A stretch of DNA of 64,000 bases, taken from IMG/VR virus record IMGVR_UViG_3300027608_000020. One strand, 5' to 3'. The number at the start of each line of letters is the position of its first letter. Within the stretch, counting starts at the first letter, position 1. Below, piece after piece: positions 42,520 through 53,256 of this stretch. Source of the stretch: a virus. Lineage: Duplodnaviria; Heunggongvirae; Uroviricota; Caudoviricetes. The notes beneath the pieces are model-generated. The model was not told the DNA's origin, did not search any database, and saw only the letters and a list, made by a program, of their open reading frames with translations. The translations under genes and the position numbers were made by a program.

Positions 42520-45500
42520 ATGTCGTTTAATCCCTCTCATTCATTTTCAGGTAACGGCGTACCTGGTCAATTAACTGTTACATATACAACAGGGTCAACA
42601 TCCTGGAATATTGTTACACAAAGTTTACCAGGGCTTGCTACTTACGGCACCTTTCCTAATACACTAAACGCCAATACTATACAAACCCAAGGATTTAACT
42701 ATGCTTGGCCGTATAGAGGTGGTAAAAATCTGCCAACGTCCGGAACAAACTCTAAGGTACCATATGGTATATTAGGTGTTAGTACTATAGGTGTTGTATT
42801 TTTTAGCCCAAACGCAGGAATTAGCACTGGGGGAAGCAATGGCACAACCTGGACCGTAAACTTTGTTGACGCAGAAATATTTGGCGAAGACTCTAGCAGT
42901 GGAAGCCCAAATATCTCAGGCATATACCATTATGTCGATACAAGATTTATCAATGACGATTCTTGGGGTGCTATTTCTAATAGAACTTCCGGATATGTCG
43001 AATCAGATGGTCATAGCAAAATATTAGGTTGGGCGTTAGACGGATACCCTATCTACGGTCCATACGGATATTCTAATCCAGTAAGTGCTTCTAGTACAGC
43101 AACACTAATGGTTTCGGGTTACAGGACTACATCTAAAGTTAATCGGCCTGCCGCAAGAACACTAGTTGTTAACGGAACAGTAACTTCGGCTACATCATTC
43201 TTAGTTTATAGTGTATCAGGTATAGTGCCGGGAATGTCCATAACCGGCAATTCTATCACAACTGCCACTAAGGTTACAAAAATTATTGGTGCCAATATAT
43301 ATACTAACACTCCCGTGTCAATTGGTACAGGTGAAGTTATTAATGCATCGTTTGATTTAGGAACATTAGTCGAAGATTGGGATTATTTAACAAGCAACAC
43401 CGTTACCCTAGATCTATACAATGGAAGATATTGTGTAACTCCGGACTATCCTTTAGGCACCTATGCATATTTTGCCACACAAGATTCTAACGGTACTCCA
43501 ACCTTTCCATATTTGGTTGGTCCTTATTTTTATGGGGCGTTAACTGCGGATAGCAATAACTCATCTCTATCATCGCTAACTGCAAGTGCTGGGACGTTTT
43601 CCCCTACTTTTAATTCAACTATAACAAATTATCTATTAACGGTAGGTAATCTTACTACTAGTTTAACATTTACTCCTGTTTCGGCAAGTATATATTCTAC
43701 TATCCTGTTTAATACATCAACAACAGTAACATCCGGATCTGCAACACCAGTTGTACAATTACCCGTTGGATACACTACTAGTACCATTAGGGTAACTTCT
43801 CAATACAGAACAACTAGTACATATACTATAAGTATCAACCGAGTAAAAAGTCCCGACAATGCTTTACAAAGTTTATCATTTAATGCAGGCACATTATTTC
43901 CTGCATTTAGAAGCACAGTAACTACCTATTCATTAACTGTTGATACAGCAGTTAGCAAATTAGGAATAACTCCAATAATATCAAACCAATTTGCTTCAAT
44001 TGCCATTAACGGAAATACTGCAACTTCTGGTCTTGTCTATCTTGAAGATCTAGTTTATGGAAGAAATGTTGAAACTATTGTTGTTACTGCACAGGATTTA
44101 ACTACTCGAACTTATACTATTAACGTTTCTAGATTAAGTAATATTTCATTATTATCAGCTCTTTCGATTAGTGTAGGATCGTTTACTGCAAGTTTCAATA
44201 GTAACACATTTTTCTATACAGCATATCTTGCCAATACCATAACCACTGTTAGAGCTAATGCAACTTCGATTGATACCGCTGGAACTATATACATCAACGG
44301 AATATTGGCACAGTCAGGAATATTATCACAACCTATTAATTTAAAATTAGGTGTTAATGCAATTGATGTTAGAATTATTTCTTCAGACCAATCAACCACG
44401 CACTTTTATAGAATAACTATTAATAGAGGATTTAGCAGTACAGCAACATTAAGTTTTCTGTTACTTTCATCAGGTACACTTGCTCCGGCGTTTAGTTCAA
44501 CTATAACAAACTATATTGCTACTGTAACTAACTTCATATCAACTATAAACGTAACTCCTACAGCTTCTCAGGAATATTCGTATGTGGTAGTTAATGATCG
44601 AAATGTACCTCCGGGGCGCACGTCAGAACCTATTAATCTACTAGTTGGTAATAACAATATAGTTATTGCGGTTACCGCACCAGATAATGTTACACAAAAT
44701 ATTTACAATGTGGTTGTTAGAAGGTTGGGCAGTTCTAACTCTCGTCTTTCTAATTTTGTAACAAATGCAATATTAACTCCGCAGTTCCAGTCATTGGTCA
44801 CAAGTTATTCTGCAAATGTTGGTTATACAATATCATCGTTAAAAATTACTCCCACAGTAGAAGAAAGTAACGCCACTGTCACTGTTAATAATATATCTGT
44901 ACTGTCCGGCCAATCAACTGGTTCAATTCCTTTATCTATAGGAACTAACACTATACGAACTGTAGTACTTGCTCAAGATAGTATAACTACTTCTACATAT
45001 AGATTAACTGTTAATCGTTCTGCTAACTACGATAATTCATTATCTGTTGTTGATATAACCTCGGGTATATTGTATCAGAGTCCTACTCTCCAAGAAGGAT
45101 TTGTTCAAGATATAAACACGTATACCAGCTATGCCTCGCACTTTACCACATCAACAGATATATTTGTTGTGGCAAATGACGTAGGAGCTACATTAAAAAT
45201 TAACGGATCAACAGTACTTTCAGGTGCAACTACTACTGTGCCACTTATAGGTTATAACTACGTTAACTCTCTCACAAATAAAATTGAATGGGTTGGTAAT
45301 AACACTATCAGTATTGTCTGTACTGCGGCTGACCCGTCCTATGTTAATACAACAACATTATATATTACCAGGGTTGGTAGCAATATTTCAACTCTTACTA
45401 ATTTAATATTAAATGTAGGTACATTAGACCCTGCATTTAGTTTTAATATTAATGATTATTTTATTGGCCTTCCATATAATTTCACAACTCCATTCCAATT

Positions 45501-48351
45501 TAAACCTTTTGTAACAGATCCAACTTCAACCGTGTCAGTTAACAATGTTGGAGTAGCGTCCGGTACTTTCTCTGATCCTATTACAATACCTGTAGGTCTT
45601 ACTCGTATACCAATTGTTGTTAGAGCAAACTCGGGAGATAGTGTTACTACCTATAATGTGTTTATTGGGCGGGCGGCCGAAGGGTTCAGCACTTCTACCA
45701 ATCTAACTAGTATAGAACTAAGCACCGGATCTTATTACCCTGCATTTAATTCAACGGTAACTGTTTACAATTCTAATTTTACATACGATGTTTCTTCTAT
45801 AAAGATTAAACCGTTCAAATCGTCTACACGGGCAACTATCAAAGTTAATGGTGTGAGCGTTACATCGGGCGAATTTTCACAAGATATTCCTGTAGTAGTG
45901 GGCAATTCAACTGCTACTATTACAATAACCGCAGAAGATTTAATTACTAAACAAAGTTATTATATAAATCTTTCAAAGACAGGTAGCGCAAATTCGTATC
46001 TAAAAAACATCCATGTAAATTCAGGATTTTTAGAACCGTCATTTAACAAAGATATAACACAATATGTTGTAAACATTCCGAGCTCAGTAAGTACTGTTGC
46101 TATTAAATCGTTTGTTGATAATATTCAGGCTCAAGTTAGCATCGATACATTAGGTATAGTTCCGGAAAATTGGTCATTTCCTATCACTGTTCAAACAGGA
46201 AGCAATATTGTAAAAGTAGTTGTGCTTGCAGGTGACCTAATTTCAAGAACAATTTATCAAATTAACTTTATTAAAGGTAGTGAACAATTTACTGCACCGA
46301 TTGTTGCTCCACAACAACCACTTCCAACTCCTGTATGGACCACACCTCCTGGGTTTATCTATACTGCCACTGAATTAGTTTATTCTAGCAGAACTATTAA
46401 TGCATCAGGAGATAATATAGCTTACCGACTAATTTCTGGATCATTACCTAGTGGTATGTCATTGACTACGTCGTCGGGAAACATTGCCGGAATTCCAACA
46501 TCTGTATATCAAACTACAAATTCAACATTTGTTATTCGAGCACAAAATACCCATGGTGTAGCTGACCGAAAATTCTATATCGACGTTAATGGCCCAACAG
46601 CGCCAGTTATAACAACACCGGGACCAAAACCTACAATTGGGCCGAGTGGGGAACGCTTTCTAATCAATGGACAGTTTGTTAATTTCCAATTTACAGCAAC
46701 ATACGATGTATTGGCTCCAAATAAACCAATTGTGTTTTATATTGAAGACGGTGAAGGACAATTACCGCCTGGACTAACTCTTAGTCAAACAGGACACTTA
46801 TACGGACAAGTTCAAGATTCTCTTACTTTATTTTATAGGGCCGGTTCCAACGGAACCTATGATGCCGAAGGGTATGATATTAATCCTTACGAACACGAAA
46901 GTCAACAGGCATTTGGTGTAAGTGGACGTTATGTTAATAAAGTATATCAATTCTCCTTAACTGCGGCCAACGGATCTGCTAAGGTTAAAGCACAATATGC
47001 CATAGATGTTAATGATCCAACAACACTAATACCTAACGGAACTTATCCCGTGCCGCCGCAATGGATGACTCCGGCTAATTTGGGATCAGTACGATCAGGA
47101 ACATATCAAGTTATACAATTAGAAACATACGACTGCGATCCTGGTGCAGGAACAATTACCTATGATTGGAATATTGTTAATCAAAATAACTCCAGTATAT
47201 TACCGCCCGGATTAGAATTAAATCCAACAACCGGCGGCATAAGCGGTCGCATACAATATTCTCCTACGTATAGTACAACATACACATTTAAAGTTAGAGT
47301 TTCTAAATATAATATTCTTAAGAACCAAACACAATTTAGAGATAGAACATTTAGTCTAACAATTTTAGGAGCTGTACTGAGCAAAATGACATGGGTCACT
47401 AATGACATTGTCGGTGCAGTATATCCAGGCGAACAATCAGAATTAAGCATAAAATCAGTCCATGAAGATACCTACTTAAAAATCACATACGCATTACAAT
47501 CAGGAACATTACCTCCGGGATTAACATTTACTACAGATGGTGCTATTCAGGGTAAAGTAGTTTACGGAACTTCGGCAGGAACATATACGATTACAGTTAG
47601 AGCAACTGACAGTAATTCATCGAGCCAACTGGTTAAAACATTTAAGATTAATGTTTTGGCATACACTGGATCTCGATATACACAAATATTATTTCAACCA
47701 TTGTTGTCTAGTGCAGTTCGAGACCAATTTAATACATTTATCACTGACCAATATATATTCGATCCTAATTTATTATATAGACCGTACGATCCAGAATTTG
47801 GCGCACAATCTAAAATAGAGTTTGTGTTTGAATACGGAATAGAGCAACTTAATCTAGGTGATTATGTAGCGGCTATGCAAAATTATTTTTCTAGAAGAAA
47901 ACTTTATTTTGGTAAATTAACATCGGCGTTTGCTCTAGATAATACCGGAAATAAAATATACGAAGTTGTGTACGTTAAATTAACCGATAACATGATTAGC
48001 GATTCTGGACAAACTGTTAGCGAATCGGTAGAATATGACAATACTACTTTATATCCAAATAGTATAGATAACATGCGGGGTGCTTTAGAATCAATTGCAG
48101 ATGTAGACGAATATCTATTGCCAAAATTCATGAGAACTGTACAAGATTCTTCGGGCATCCCGTTAGGAAGAATATTATGCATGCCGTTGTGTTATTGTTT
48201 GCCCGGAAATAGCCAGACAATAATTAGAAGAATTGAAGCATATGGCATCGATTTTAAAACAATTAACTTCGATATTGATAGGTTAATTGTATTAAACACC
48301 CTGGACAATTCTGTTGCTAAATATTTGCTATTCCCCAATAGAGAGGTATAA
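42520..48351 (+). CDS. giant fibre/adhesin-like protein (1943 aa) with an N-terminal YHYH-like domain, at least 8 cadherin-like beta-sandwich repeats and He_PIG Ig-like repeats
   Basis: GIYHYV; repeated L..L.(S/N).G.L.P.F.S.(I/V)T.Y modules about 95 aa apart; LPPGL(T/E)(L/F) repeats. Confidence 0.7.
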   Translation: MSFNPSHSFSGNGVPGQLTVTYTTGSTSWNIVTQSLPGLATYGTFPNTLNANTIQTQGFNYAWPYRGGKNLPTSGTNSKVPYGILGVSTIGVVFFSPNAGISTGGSNGTTWTVNFVDAEIFGEDSSSGSPNISGIYHYVDTRFINDDSWGAISNRTSGYVESDGHSKILGWALDGYPIYGPYGYSNPVSASSTATLMVSGYRTTSKVNRPAARTLVVNGTVTSATSFLVYSVSGIVPGMSITGNSITTATKVTKIIGANIYTNTPVSIGTGEVINASFDLGTLVEDWDYLTSNTVTLDLYNGRYCVTPDYPLGTYAYFATQDSNGTPTFPYLVGPYFYGALTADSNNSSLSSLTASAGTFSPTFNSTITNYLLTVGNLTTSLTFTPVSASIYSTILFNTSTTVTSGSATPVVQLPVGYTTSTIRVTSQYRTTSTYTISINRVKSPDNALQSLSFNAGTLFPAFRSTVTTYSLTVDTAVSKLGITPIISNQFASIAINGNTATSGLVYLEDLVYGRNVETIVVTAQDLTTRTYTINVSRLSNISLLSALSISVGSFTASFNSNTFFYTAYLANTITTVRANATSIDTAGTIYINGILAQSGILSQPINLKLGVNAIDVRIISSDQSTTHFYRITINRGFSSTATLSFLLLSSGTLAPAFSSTITNYIATVTNFISTINVTPTASQEYSYVVVNDRNVPPGRTSEPINLLVGNNNIVIAVTAPDNVTQNIYNVVVRRLGSSNSRLSNFVTNAILTPQFQSLVTSYSANVGYTISSLKITPTVEESNATVTVNNISVLSGQSTGSIPLSIGTNTIRTVVLAQDSITTSTYRLTVNRSANYDNSLSVVDITSGILYQSPTLQEGFVQDINTYTSYASHFTTSTDIFVVANDVGATLKINGSTVLSGATTTVPLIGYNYVNSLTNKIEWVGNNTISIVCTAADPSYVNTTTLYITRVGSNISTLTNLILNVGTLDPAFSFNINDYFIGLPYNFTTPFQFKPFVTDPTSTVSVNNVGVASGTFSDPITIPVGLTRIPIVVRANSGDSVTTYNVFIGRAAEGFSTSTNLTSIELSTGSYYPAFNSTVTVYNSNFTYDVSSIKIKPFKSSTRATIKVNGVSVTSGEFSQDIPVVVGNSTATITITAEDLITKQSYYINLSKTGSANSYLKNIHVNSGFLEPSFNKDITQYVVNIPSSVSTVAIKSFVDNIQAQVSIDTLGIVPENWSFPITVQTGSNIVKVVVLAGDLISRTIYQINFIKGSEQFTAPIVAPQQPLPTPVWTTPPGFIYTATELVYSSRTINASGDNIAYRLISGSLPSGMSLTTSSGNIAGIPTSVYQTTNSTFVIRAQNTHGVADRKFYIDVNGPTAPVITTPGPKPTIGPSGERFLINGQFVNFQFTATYDVLAPNKPIVFYIEDGEGQLPPGLTLSQTGHLYGQVQDSLTLFYRAGSNGTYDAEGYDINPYEHESQQAFGVSGRYVNKVYQFSLTAANGSAKVKAQYAIDVNDPTTLIPNGTYPVPPQWMTPANLGSVRSGTYQVIQLETYDCDPGAGTITYDWNIVNQNNSSILPPGLELNPTTGGISGRIQYSPTYSTTYTFKVRVSKYNILKNQTQFRDRTFSLTILGAVLSKMTWVTNDIVGAVYPGEQSELSIKSVHEDTYLKITYALQSGTLPPGLTFTTDGAIQGKVVYGTSAGTYTITVRATDSNSSSQLVKTFKINVLAYTGSRYTQILFQPLLSSAVRDQFNTFITDQYIFDPNLLYRPYDPEFGAQSKIEFVFEYGIEQLNLGDYVAAMQNYFSRRKLYFGKLTSAFALDNTGNKIYEVVYVKLTDNMISDSGQTVSESVEYDNTTLYPNSIDNMRGALESIADVDEYLLPKFMRTVQDSSGIPLGRILCMPLCYCLPGNSQTIIRRIEAYGIDFKTINFDIDRLIVLNTLDNSVAKYLLFPNREV

Positions 48352-48356
48352 TAACA

Positions 48357-49223
48357 ATGACCAGCCAAATCGACCCTAGTAAAATTGACACCACTTATCC
48401 AATCCCAGGAAGAGACAACGATAGTCAAGGATTTAGAACTAATTTTAGCTCAATTAAGCAGGGACTAACTCAGGCAGCAAGTGAAATTAGTATACTGCAA
48501 GCACAAAAGGCAGACCTGCGTGAACCTAGCATTTTTGAAAATCAGACTCAAGCATATTCAACACTAACCGGTGCGTTGGTAACTTGGGGTGGTGTTGGTA
48601 TCGGACAAGACTTGTTTGTTGGTGGCAATGTATATGTTTCCGGAAGAATGGTTTCTAGTGGGACTGCTGTTTTGACTACTGGAACTATTGCTCCTACAGC
48701 GATAACAACTACATCGGACATAACATTTAGTGGAACATACGGACAGCCTAACTTCACCCTTACGGCTCTTATCCCAGGTCATAAAACTTTTAGGAATTCT
48801 CTTTCGGTTGGCGTAACAAATCGACAAACAGGAACATCGTTAGTATACATAGGAACAACTGTAACTAATCAAACAGGAATCTATATAAGAGCAAACGGTG
48901 TTAATAACGGAACTGCATTAATATTAGATACAGCAAGTGATACAGGCGCCGGCCTCGGTAGCCCTGATTTTTCTTATATCAAATTCAACAAAAGTCCCTC
49001 AGGAGTAACTGCAACGATAGCAACCATTATATTAGATGATGCTACTTCTTCAGTAAAAACAACTGGCAATTGGATTTTCTCAGGCAATCTTAGGGTTGCC
49101 GGTGACATTCCGGCCAGTGCAACCGCTACTGGCAGTATTGGTACTATTACCGCCGACTCTAGATATTTCTATATATGCACAGGCACAAACATGTGGAGTC
49201 GAATTTCATTAGGCGCATGGTAA
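48357..49223 (+). CDS. hypothetical structural (fibre-associated?) protein
   Basis: 288 aa, Thr/Gly-rich, directly downstream of the giant gene. Confidence 0.5.
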   Translation: MTSQIDPSKIDTTYPIPGRDNDSQGFRTNFSSIKQGLTQAASEISILQAQKADLREPSIFENQTQAYSTLTGALVTWGGVGIGQDLFVGGNVYVSGRMVSSGTAVLTTGTIAPTAITTTSDITFSGTYGQPNFTLTALIPGHKTFRNSLSVGVTNRQTGTSLVYIGTTVTNQTGIYIRANGVNNGTALILDTASDTGAGLGSPDFSYIKFNKSPSGVTATIATIILDDATSSVKTTGNWIFSGNLRVAGDIPASATATGSIGTITADSRYFYICTGTNMWSRISLGAW

Positions 49224-49224
49224 T

Positions 49225-49467
49225 ATGTATCATCCGTTATTAGCTGATCCGTCAACTTTAAAAGATTCCGAATTAGAAAATAAAATAATCGATCTTTCTC
49301 AAAAGTATCATACGGCGGCTCGATTTGGTCAAGGTATTATGTGTGATCAAATTGTTGTTATCTTAGATTCACTTAGACAAGAACAACTAAAAAGAAGTCA
49401 TGCTCTTCTTACAAAAACCAGAAACAATCAAAATAAAGATCTCGGCGATCTAATCAAAGTTAATTGA
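49225..49467 (+). CDS. hypothetical protein
   Basis: 80 aa. Confidence 0.4.
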   Translation: MYHPLLADPSTLKDSELENKIIDLSQKYHTAARFGQGIMCDQIVVILDSLRQEQLKRSHALLTKTRNNQNKDLGDLIKVN

Positions 49468-49492
49468 CCTTGCTCAAATAACCTGTTATACT
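49464..49492 (+). promoter_or_regulatory. sigma70-like promoter TTGACC-17-TATACT
   Basis: near consensus. Confidence 0.4.
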
Positions 49493-49498
49493 GTCAGT

Positions 49499-50020
49499 AT
49501 GGATATTGACAAATACGGTAATGTAATTTTAGACAGCAAAGAAGCATTTGAGTCTTTGTATTCCGGACGACTACAAGATTTTGAAAATATCTTTTTACAA
49601 AATACATCCGATGTAGTGCAGTTCAATTCGTCTGTGAGTACTAATGCAGATCATATTCCAAAAATCCATCAATATACTGAGCCTAATTATACCATGGAGT
49701 TTGCTGATAGTCTTAGACAGGATATCTGGTATATGCCCGAAAACTATAAAATATTTGATATTAAAAATTGGGTTTTAGAGCAGGCTCCGGATATTGTTGC
49801 ACAGATTAGGGTAAAAGAAGAACTAGACCTATTTGCCCAACATAATATGATCACGTTGTTAAAGTACCTTAAATACTTAGTTGACACAATGCGTGAAAAC
49901 AAAATAGTATGGGGCGTAGGGCGAGGCAGTAGTGTAGCCAGTTACGTGCTATACCTAATAGGTGTTCATAAAATAAACAGTATCAAATACGAGCTAGATA
50001 TTAAAGAATTCCTAAAATAA
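49499..50020 (+). CDS. hypothetical protein
   Basis: 173 aa. Confidence 0.45.
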   Translation: MDIDKYGNVILDSKEAFESLYSGRLQDFENIFLQNTSDVVQFNSSVSTNADHIPKIHQYTEPNYTMEFADSLRQDIWYMPENYKIFDIKNWVLEQAPDIVAQIRVKEELDLFAQHNMITLLKYLKYLVDTMRENKIVWGVGRGSSVASYVLYLIGVHKINSIKYELDIKEFLK

Positions 50021-50029
50021 GGAGAAATT

Positions 50030-50326
50030 ATGAAACGAATTTATAAAACAATGCAGGGTAAAGAAATTGACATGGAAGCATTAATGGCCAAACACGAGAC
50101 CATGCCCGCAGTAGGTAATGTACGTGTTAATGCTCGAGGCGATGAACTAGGCCCAGATGGTAAAATTATTAAAACTAGAGAATCTGTTTTGGCAGAATAT
50201 TATGACAATGATCCTAGGACAGTATCCGACGAAGAACTGTCATTAAGTCAAGTAAAAATTAATACCCCTAAACGTCCAACTATAGAACCTGCACAACCTA
50301 AAAGTAAAATTAAGGAAACAAAATGA
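50030..50326 (+). CDS. hypothetical protein
   Basis: 98 aa. Confidence 0.4.
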   Translation: MKRIYKTMQGKEIDMEALMAKHETMPAVGNVRVNARGDELGPDGKIIKTRESVLAEYYDNDPRTVSDEELSLSQVKINTPKRPTIEPAQPKSKIKETK

Positions 50327-50700
50327 CTGTAAAAGGAACTATCAGGCCGTTAGGAAATAAGGTACTTATTTCTGATATGAATTTCGGCATGGATAAAACA
50401 AAAAGCGGTATTTTGTTACAGAGCGATGATGGTAAAAGTTCAGGTATTCATCCTCGCTGGGGGAAAGTGTTTGCTATTGGACCAGATCAAACAGATGTTG
50501 AAGTGGGCCAATGGATTCTTATGGAACACGGTCGTTGGAGTAGAGGACACAAGTACGAGGCCGAAAACGGCGAAATTATAGATATACGATTAGCCGATAA
50601 TAATGCTATACTGTGTGTAAGCGATGAAGCGCCTGACGATGCAATGCGTGTTAAAATTGGCGCCCTTAACTTGAATGTATCCGATGCACAACCAAATTGA
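50323..50700 (+). CDS. GroES-like co-chaperonin (Hsp10 / T4 gp31-type)
   Basis: IRPLGNKVLIS...KSGILL...GKVFAIGPD...VEVGQWILM matches the GroES mobile-loop and roof layout. Confidence 0.6.
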   Translation: MTVKGTIRPLGNKVLISDMNFGMDKTKSGILLQSDDGKSSGIHPRWGKVFAIGPDQTDVEVGQWILMEHGRWSRGHKYEAENGEIIDIRLADNNAILCVSDEAPDDAMRVKIGALNLNVSDAQPN

Positions 50701-51121
50701 TTTAAACAAATACAAAGATTTTGTAGAAGCCGTTACCAGCAAAGAAAGCAACGACCTTACCACATTCATGAACCGTATGGATGAAGTGGATGGGAATTAT
50801 ATTGGCGAAGGAGAACACGGTCCCGATACTAATGTTCCGTTGTTAATTACTGCATGTCTCGGGCTTGCGGCCGAAGCAGGGGAATTTATTGAAATTCCTA
50901 AAAAGATACTGTTTCAAGGAAAACCATTTACTGAAGAAAATCTCTTTCATATGAAAAGAGAGTTAGGTGATGTAATGTGGTATTGGATCAATGCATGCCG
51001 TGCTTTAAATCTAGATCCCAATGATGTTATTGCAGAAAATGTTAACAAACTTAAAGCTCGATATCCGGGTGGAGAGTTTGATGCCTTTTATTCAGAAAAT
51101 CGCAAAGACGGAGATCTATAA
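50675..51121 (+). CDS. MazG-like nucleotide pyrophosphohydrolase
   Basis: LGLAAEAGE ... KRELGDVMWY MazG motifs. Confidence 0.65.
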   Translation: MYPMHNQIDLNKYKDFVEAVTSKESNDLTTFMNRMDEVDGNYIGEGEHGPDTNVPLLITACLGLAAEAGEFIEIPKKILFQGKPFTEENLFHMKRELGDVMWYWINACRALNLDPNDVIAENVNKLKARYPGGEFDAFYSENRKDGDL

Positions 51122-51585
51122 TGCCAACTGCTTATATATTAGTTGGCATCCCTGGTAGCGGAAAAACTACGTGGGTTGGACATAGAAAAACTGATTGGGA
51201 TACAACAGTCTTTGTAAGTACTGATAAGTTTGTTGACCAAGAAGCATCTAACCAAAATAAAACCTATTCAGAAGTGTTTAACGACTCAATGCAGGCCGCA
51301 TTAACTAAAATGATTAATGATGTTATTGATGCTAGAAGCGCCGGCAAAGATATTATTTGGGATCAAACTAGTACTACCATTCAAAGTCGTAAACGCAAAT
51401 TCAATATGTTGCCCGACTATAAAATGATTGCTGTAGTATTTCGTACTCCAGAACAAGAAGAATTACAGCGCCGATTGAACAGCAGACCTGGAAAAGTTAT
51501 ACCAGATGATGTTGTGCAGTCTATGATTAACAATTTCGAAGAACCTACTAAAGAAGAAGGATTTGACGAAATCATTTATGTGTAG
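51121..51585 (+). CDS. P-loop kinase (AAA_33 / polynucleotide-kinase-like)
   Basis: ILVGIPGSGKTT Walker A; about 150-aa kinase fold. Confidence 0.55.
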   Translation: MPTAYILVGIPGSGKTTWVGHRKTDWDTTVFVSTDKFVDQEASNQNKTYSEVFNDSMQAALTKMINDVIDARSAGKDIIWDQTSTTIQSRKRKFNMLPDYKMIAVVFRTPEQEELQRRLNSRPGKVIPDDVVQSMINNFEEPTKEEGFDEIIYV

Positions 51586-51588
51586 TAT

Positions 51589-51831
51589 ATGGGACACAAA
51601 TATAAAATTGACATAAACTCGATCGCCGGCCAGATCAATTCAGCCGCATACGAATCGTGCAGTCCTTATAACGACGGTTTTGTAGGTTGGGGATATAAAC
51701 AAGACCTATATAGACTAAAATGGATTTTAGAAGATGCATTAAATCGTTGTTCAAAGTATGCTCCAGAAGAAGAATGGCTTCGAGAACACGATAAAAAGAA
51801 AGTTATAAAATATCTATCCAAAAAGGACTAA
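51589..51831 (+). CDS. hypothetical protein
   Basis: 80 aa. Confidence 0.4.
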   Translation: MGHKYKIDINSIAGQINSAAYESCSPYNDGFVGWGYKQDLYRLKWILEDALNRCSKYAPEEEWLREHDKKKVIKYLSKKD

Positions 51832-51832
51832 C

Positions 51833-52003
51833 ATGAAAGACTTAACAAAATTACCAGACCCAACAAAACACCTATACATTAGCCTAATAAAAAGCGTTAT
51901 CCGGATTAGCGCAGGGGGTTGTTTAATGATTGGCAACATATTCTTTGCAGGCTTTTTATTAATTTTTGCCGAAGCATTGGGCATTCTCGAGGAATTGGTA
52001 TGA
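51833..52003 (+). CDS. small membrane protein (56 aa)
   Basis: AAGGA RBS; hydrophobic C-terminus; stop overlaps the next start. Confidence 0.3.
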   Translation: MKDLTKLPDPTKHLYISLIKSVIRISAGGCLMIGNIFFAGFLLIFAEALGILEELV

Positions 52004-52191
52004 TTGATAAAAACGCAGTGGCAAGGCGTATGGAAGAACTAATGGCTCCTGTAGAACAACAAATTATGATGTGTGACACCAGAGAAGAGTTACTAATGAT
52101 GGCATGTGCCATGATGCAACGCACACATGAAATATTTGTACATGAACTAGGCAAAGCTGGTTCCAAACAAATGTACAAGGATTACGTATGA
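52000..52191 (+). CDS. hypothetical protein (63 aa)
   Basis: GAGGA RBS; internal ATG of ORF 51919..52191. Confidence 0.35.
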   Translation: MIDKNAVARRMEELMAPVEQQIMMCDTREELLMMACAMMQRTHEIFVHELGKAGSKQMYKDYV

Positions 52192-52652
52192 TTTTTAATA
52201 AAATAAAAGAATTAAAAGAGTCAGGTAAAAAAGTAGGCATTACATTTTCAACATTTGATTTATTCCATGCTGGGCATGTTGCTATGCTTAGTGAAGCAAA
52301 GAACCACTGCGATTACTTAATTGCCGCATTGCAAACTGACCCAACTATTGACCGCCCAGGTAATAAAAATCCTCCAATCCAAAGTATTGTAGAAAGACAA
52401 ATTCAACTAAGCACAAATCGTAATGTGGACGAAGTTGTTGTTTATCAAACTGAAAAAGACCTAGAAGACCTATTGCTTATTCTACCTGTAGATGTTAGAA
52501 TATTAGGTGTAGAATACGCAGACAAAGAGTTTACAGGTAAACAAATCTGTATTAGTCGAGGAATTGAAATTGTTTATAATGGACGAGATCATTCTTTTAG
52601 TAGTTCAAGTTTGCGTAAACGTGTAGCAGAAGCAGAAGGAAAAAAGAAATGA
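52188..52652 (+). CDS. cytidylyltransferase (TagD / glycerol-3-phosphate cytidylyltransferase-like)
   Basis: GITFSTFDLFHAGH (HxGH). Confidence 0.7.
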   Translation: MIFNKIKELKESGKKVGITFSTFDLFHAGHVAMLSEAKNHCDYLIAALQTDPTIDRPGNKNPPIQSIVERQIQLSTNRNVDEVVVYQTEKDLEDLLLILPVDVRILGVEYADKEFTGKQICISRGIEIVYNGRDHSFSSSSLRKRVAEAEGKKK

Positions 52653-53011
52653 GTCAATACGGACAAGTACACGCAACCGCTAAAATGTCAAGTTCAAGGA
52701 ACGTAGCACGATTGGAAAAAAAACTTATGAGGAAAAGAACATTAAAACAAAGATTTAAAGAATGGTTATTTGATGATGGATCTGATTCTTCCCCTAACGA
52801 AATTCGTATAGACGAAGACAGCGTTCAACTGTCTAGGGAAACTAGTGTTCGCTTTGAAATACATCAAGCCGCAGGTGGACGAGTTGTACAAACTCGTCGA
52901 TACGACCAACGCAAAGATCGTCACATGGAAGGACTGTATATTATTACACCCGACCAAGACTTTGGCAGAGAAATTGATAAAATTATTACAATGGAAGCGT
53001 TGAAAGCATGA
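52649..53011 (+). CDS. hypothetical protein
   Basis: 120 aa. Confidence 0.4.
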   Translation: MSQYGQVHATAKMSSSRNVARLEKKLMRKRTLKQRFKEWLFDDGSDSSPNEIRIDEDSVQLSRETSVRFEIHQAAGGRVVQTRRYDQRKDRHMEGLYIITPDQDFGREIDKIITMEALKA

Positions 53012-53256
53012 ATGAAAATGTAAAAGCACTAGTAGATACGGTAGGAACAGACATCAGTGGAAAATGGATTAGTGCCGAAAAACTTGAAACATTTGCAAAA
53101 GATGTTATAGTAGAATGTCTAAAACAAATAGAAATAGCAAATTCACAACATTGTGCGTATACTACTTTTGATTTAGGCATAGTTAATTGTGCAAAAGAAA
53201 AAATTACCGATCATATTAAAGAACATTTTAACGTAACAAGCATTGAGGTATTTTAA
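53008..53256 (+). CDS. hypothetical protein
   Basis: 82 aa. Confidence 0.4.
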   Translation: MNENVKALVDTVGTDISGKWISAEKLETFAKDVIVECLKQIEIANSQHCAYTTFDLGIVNCAKEKITDHIKEHFNVTSIEVF

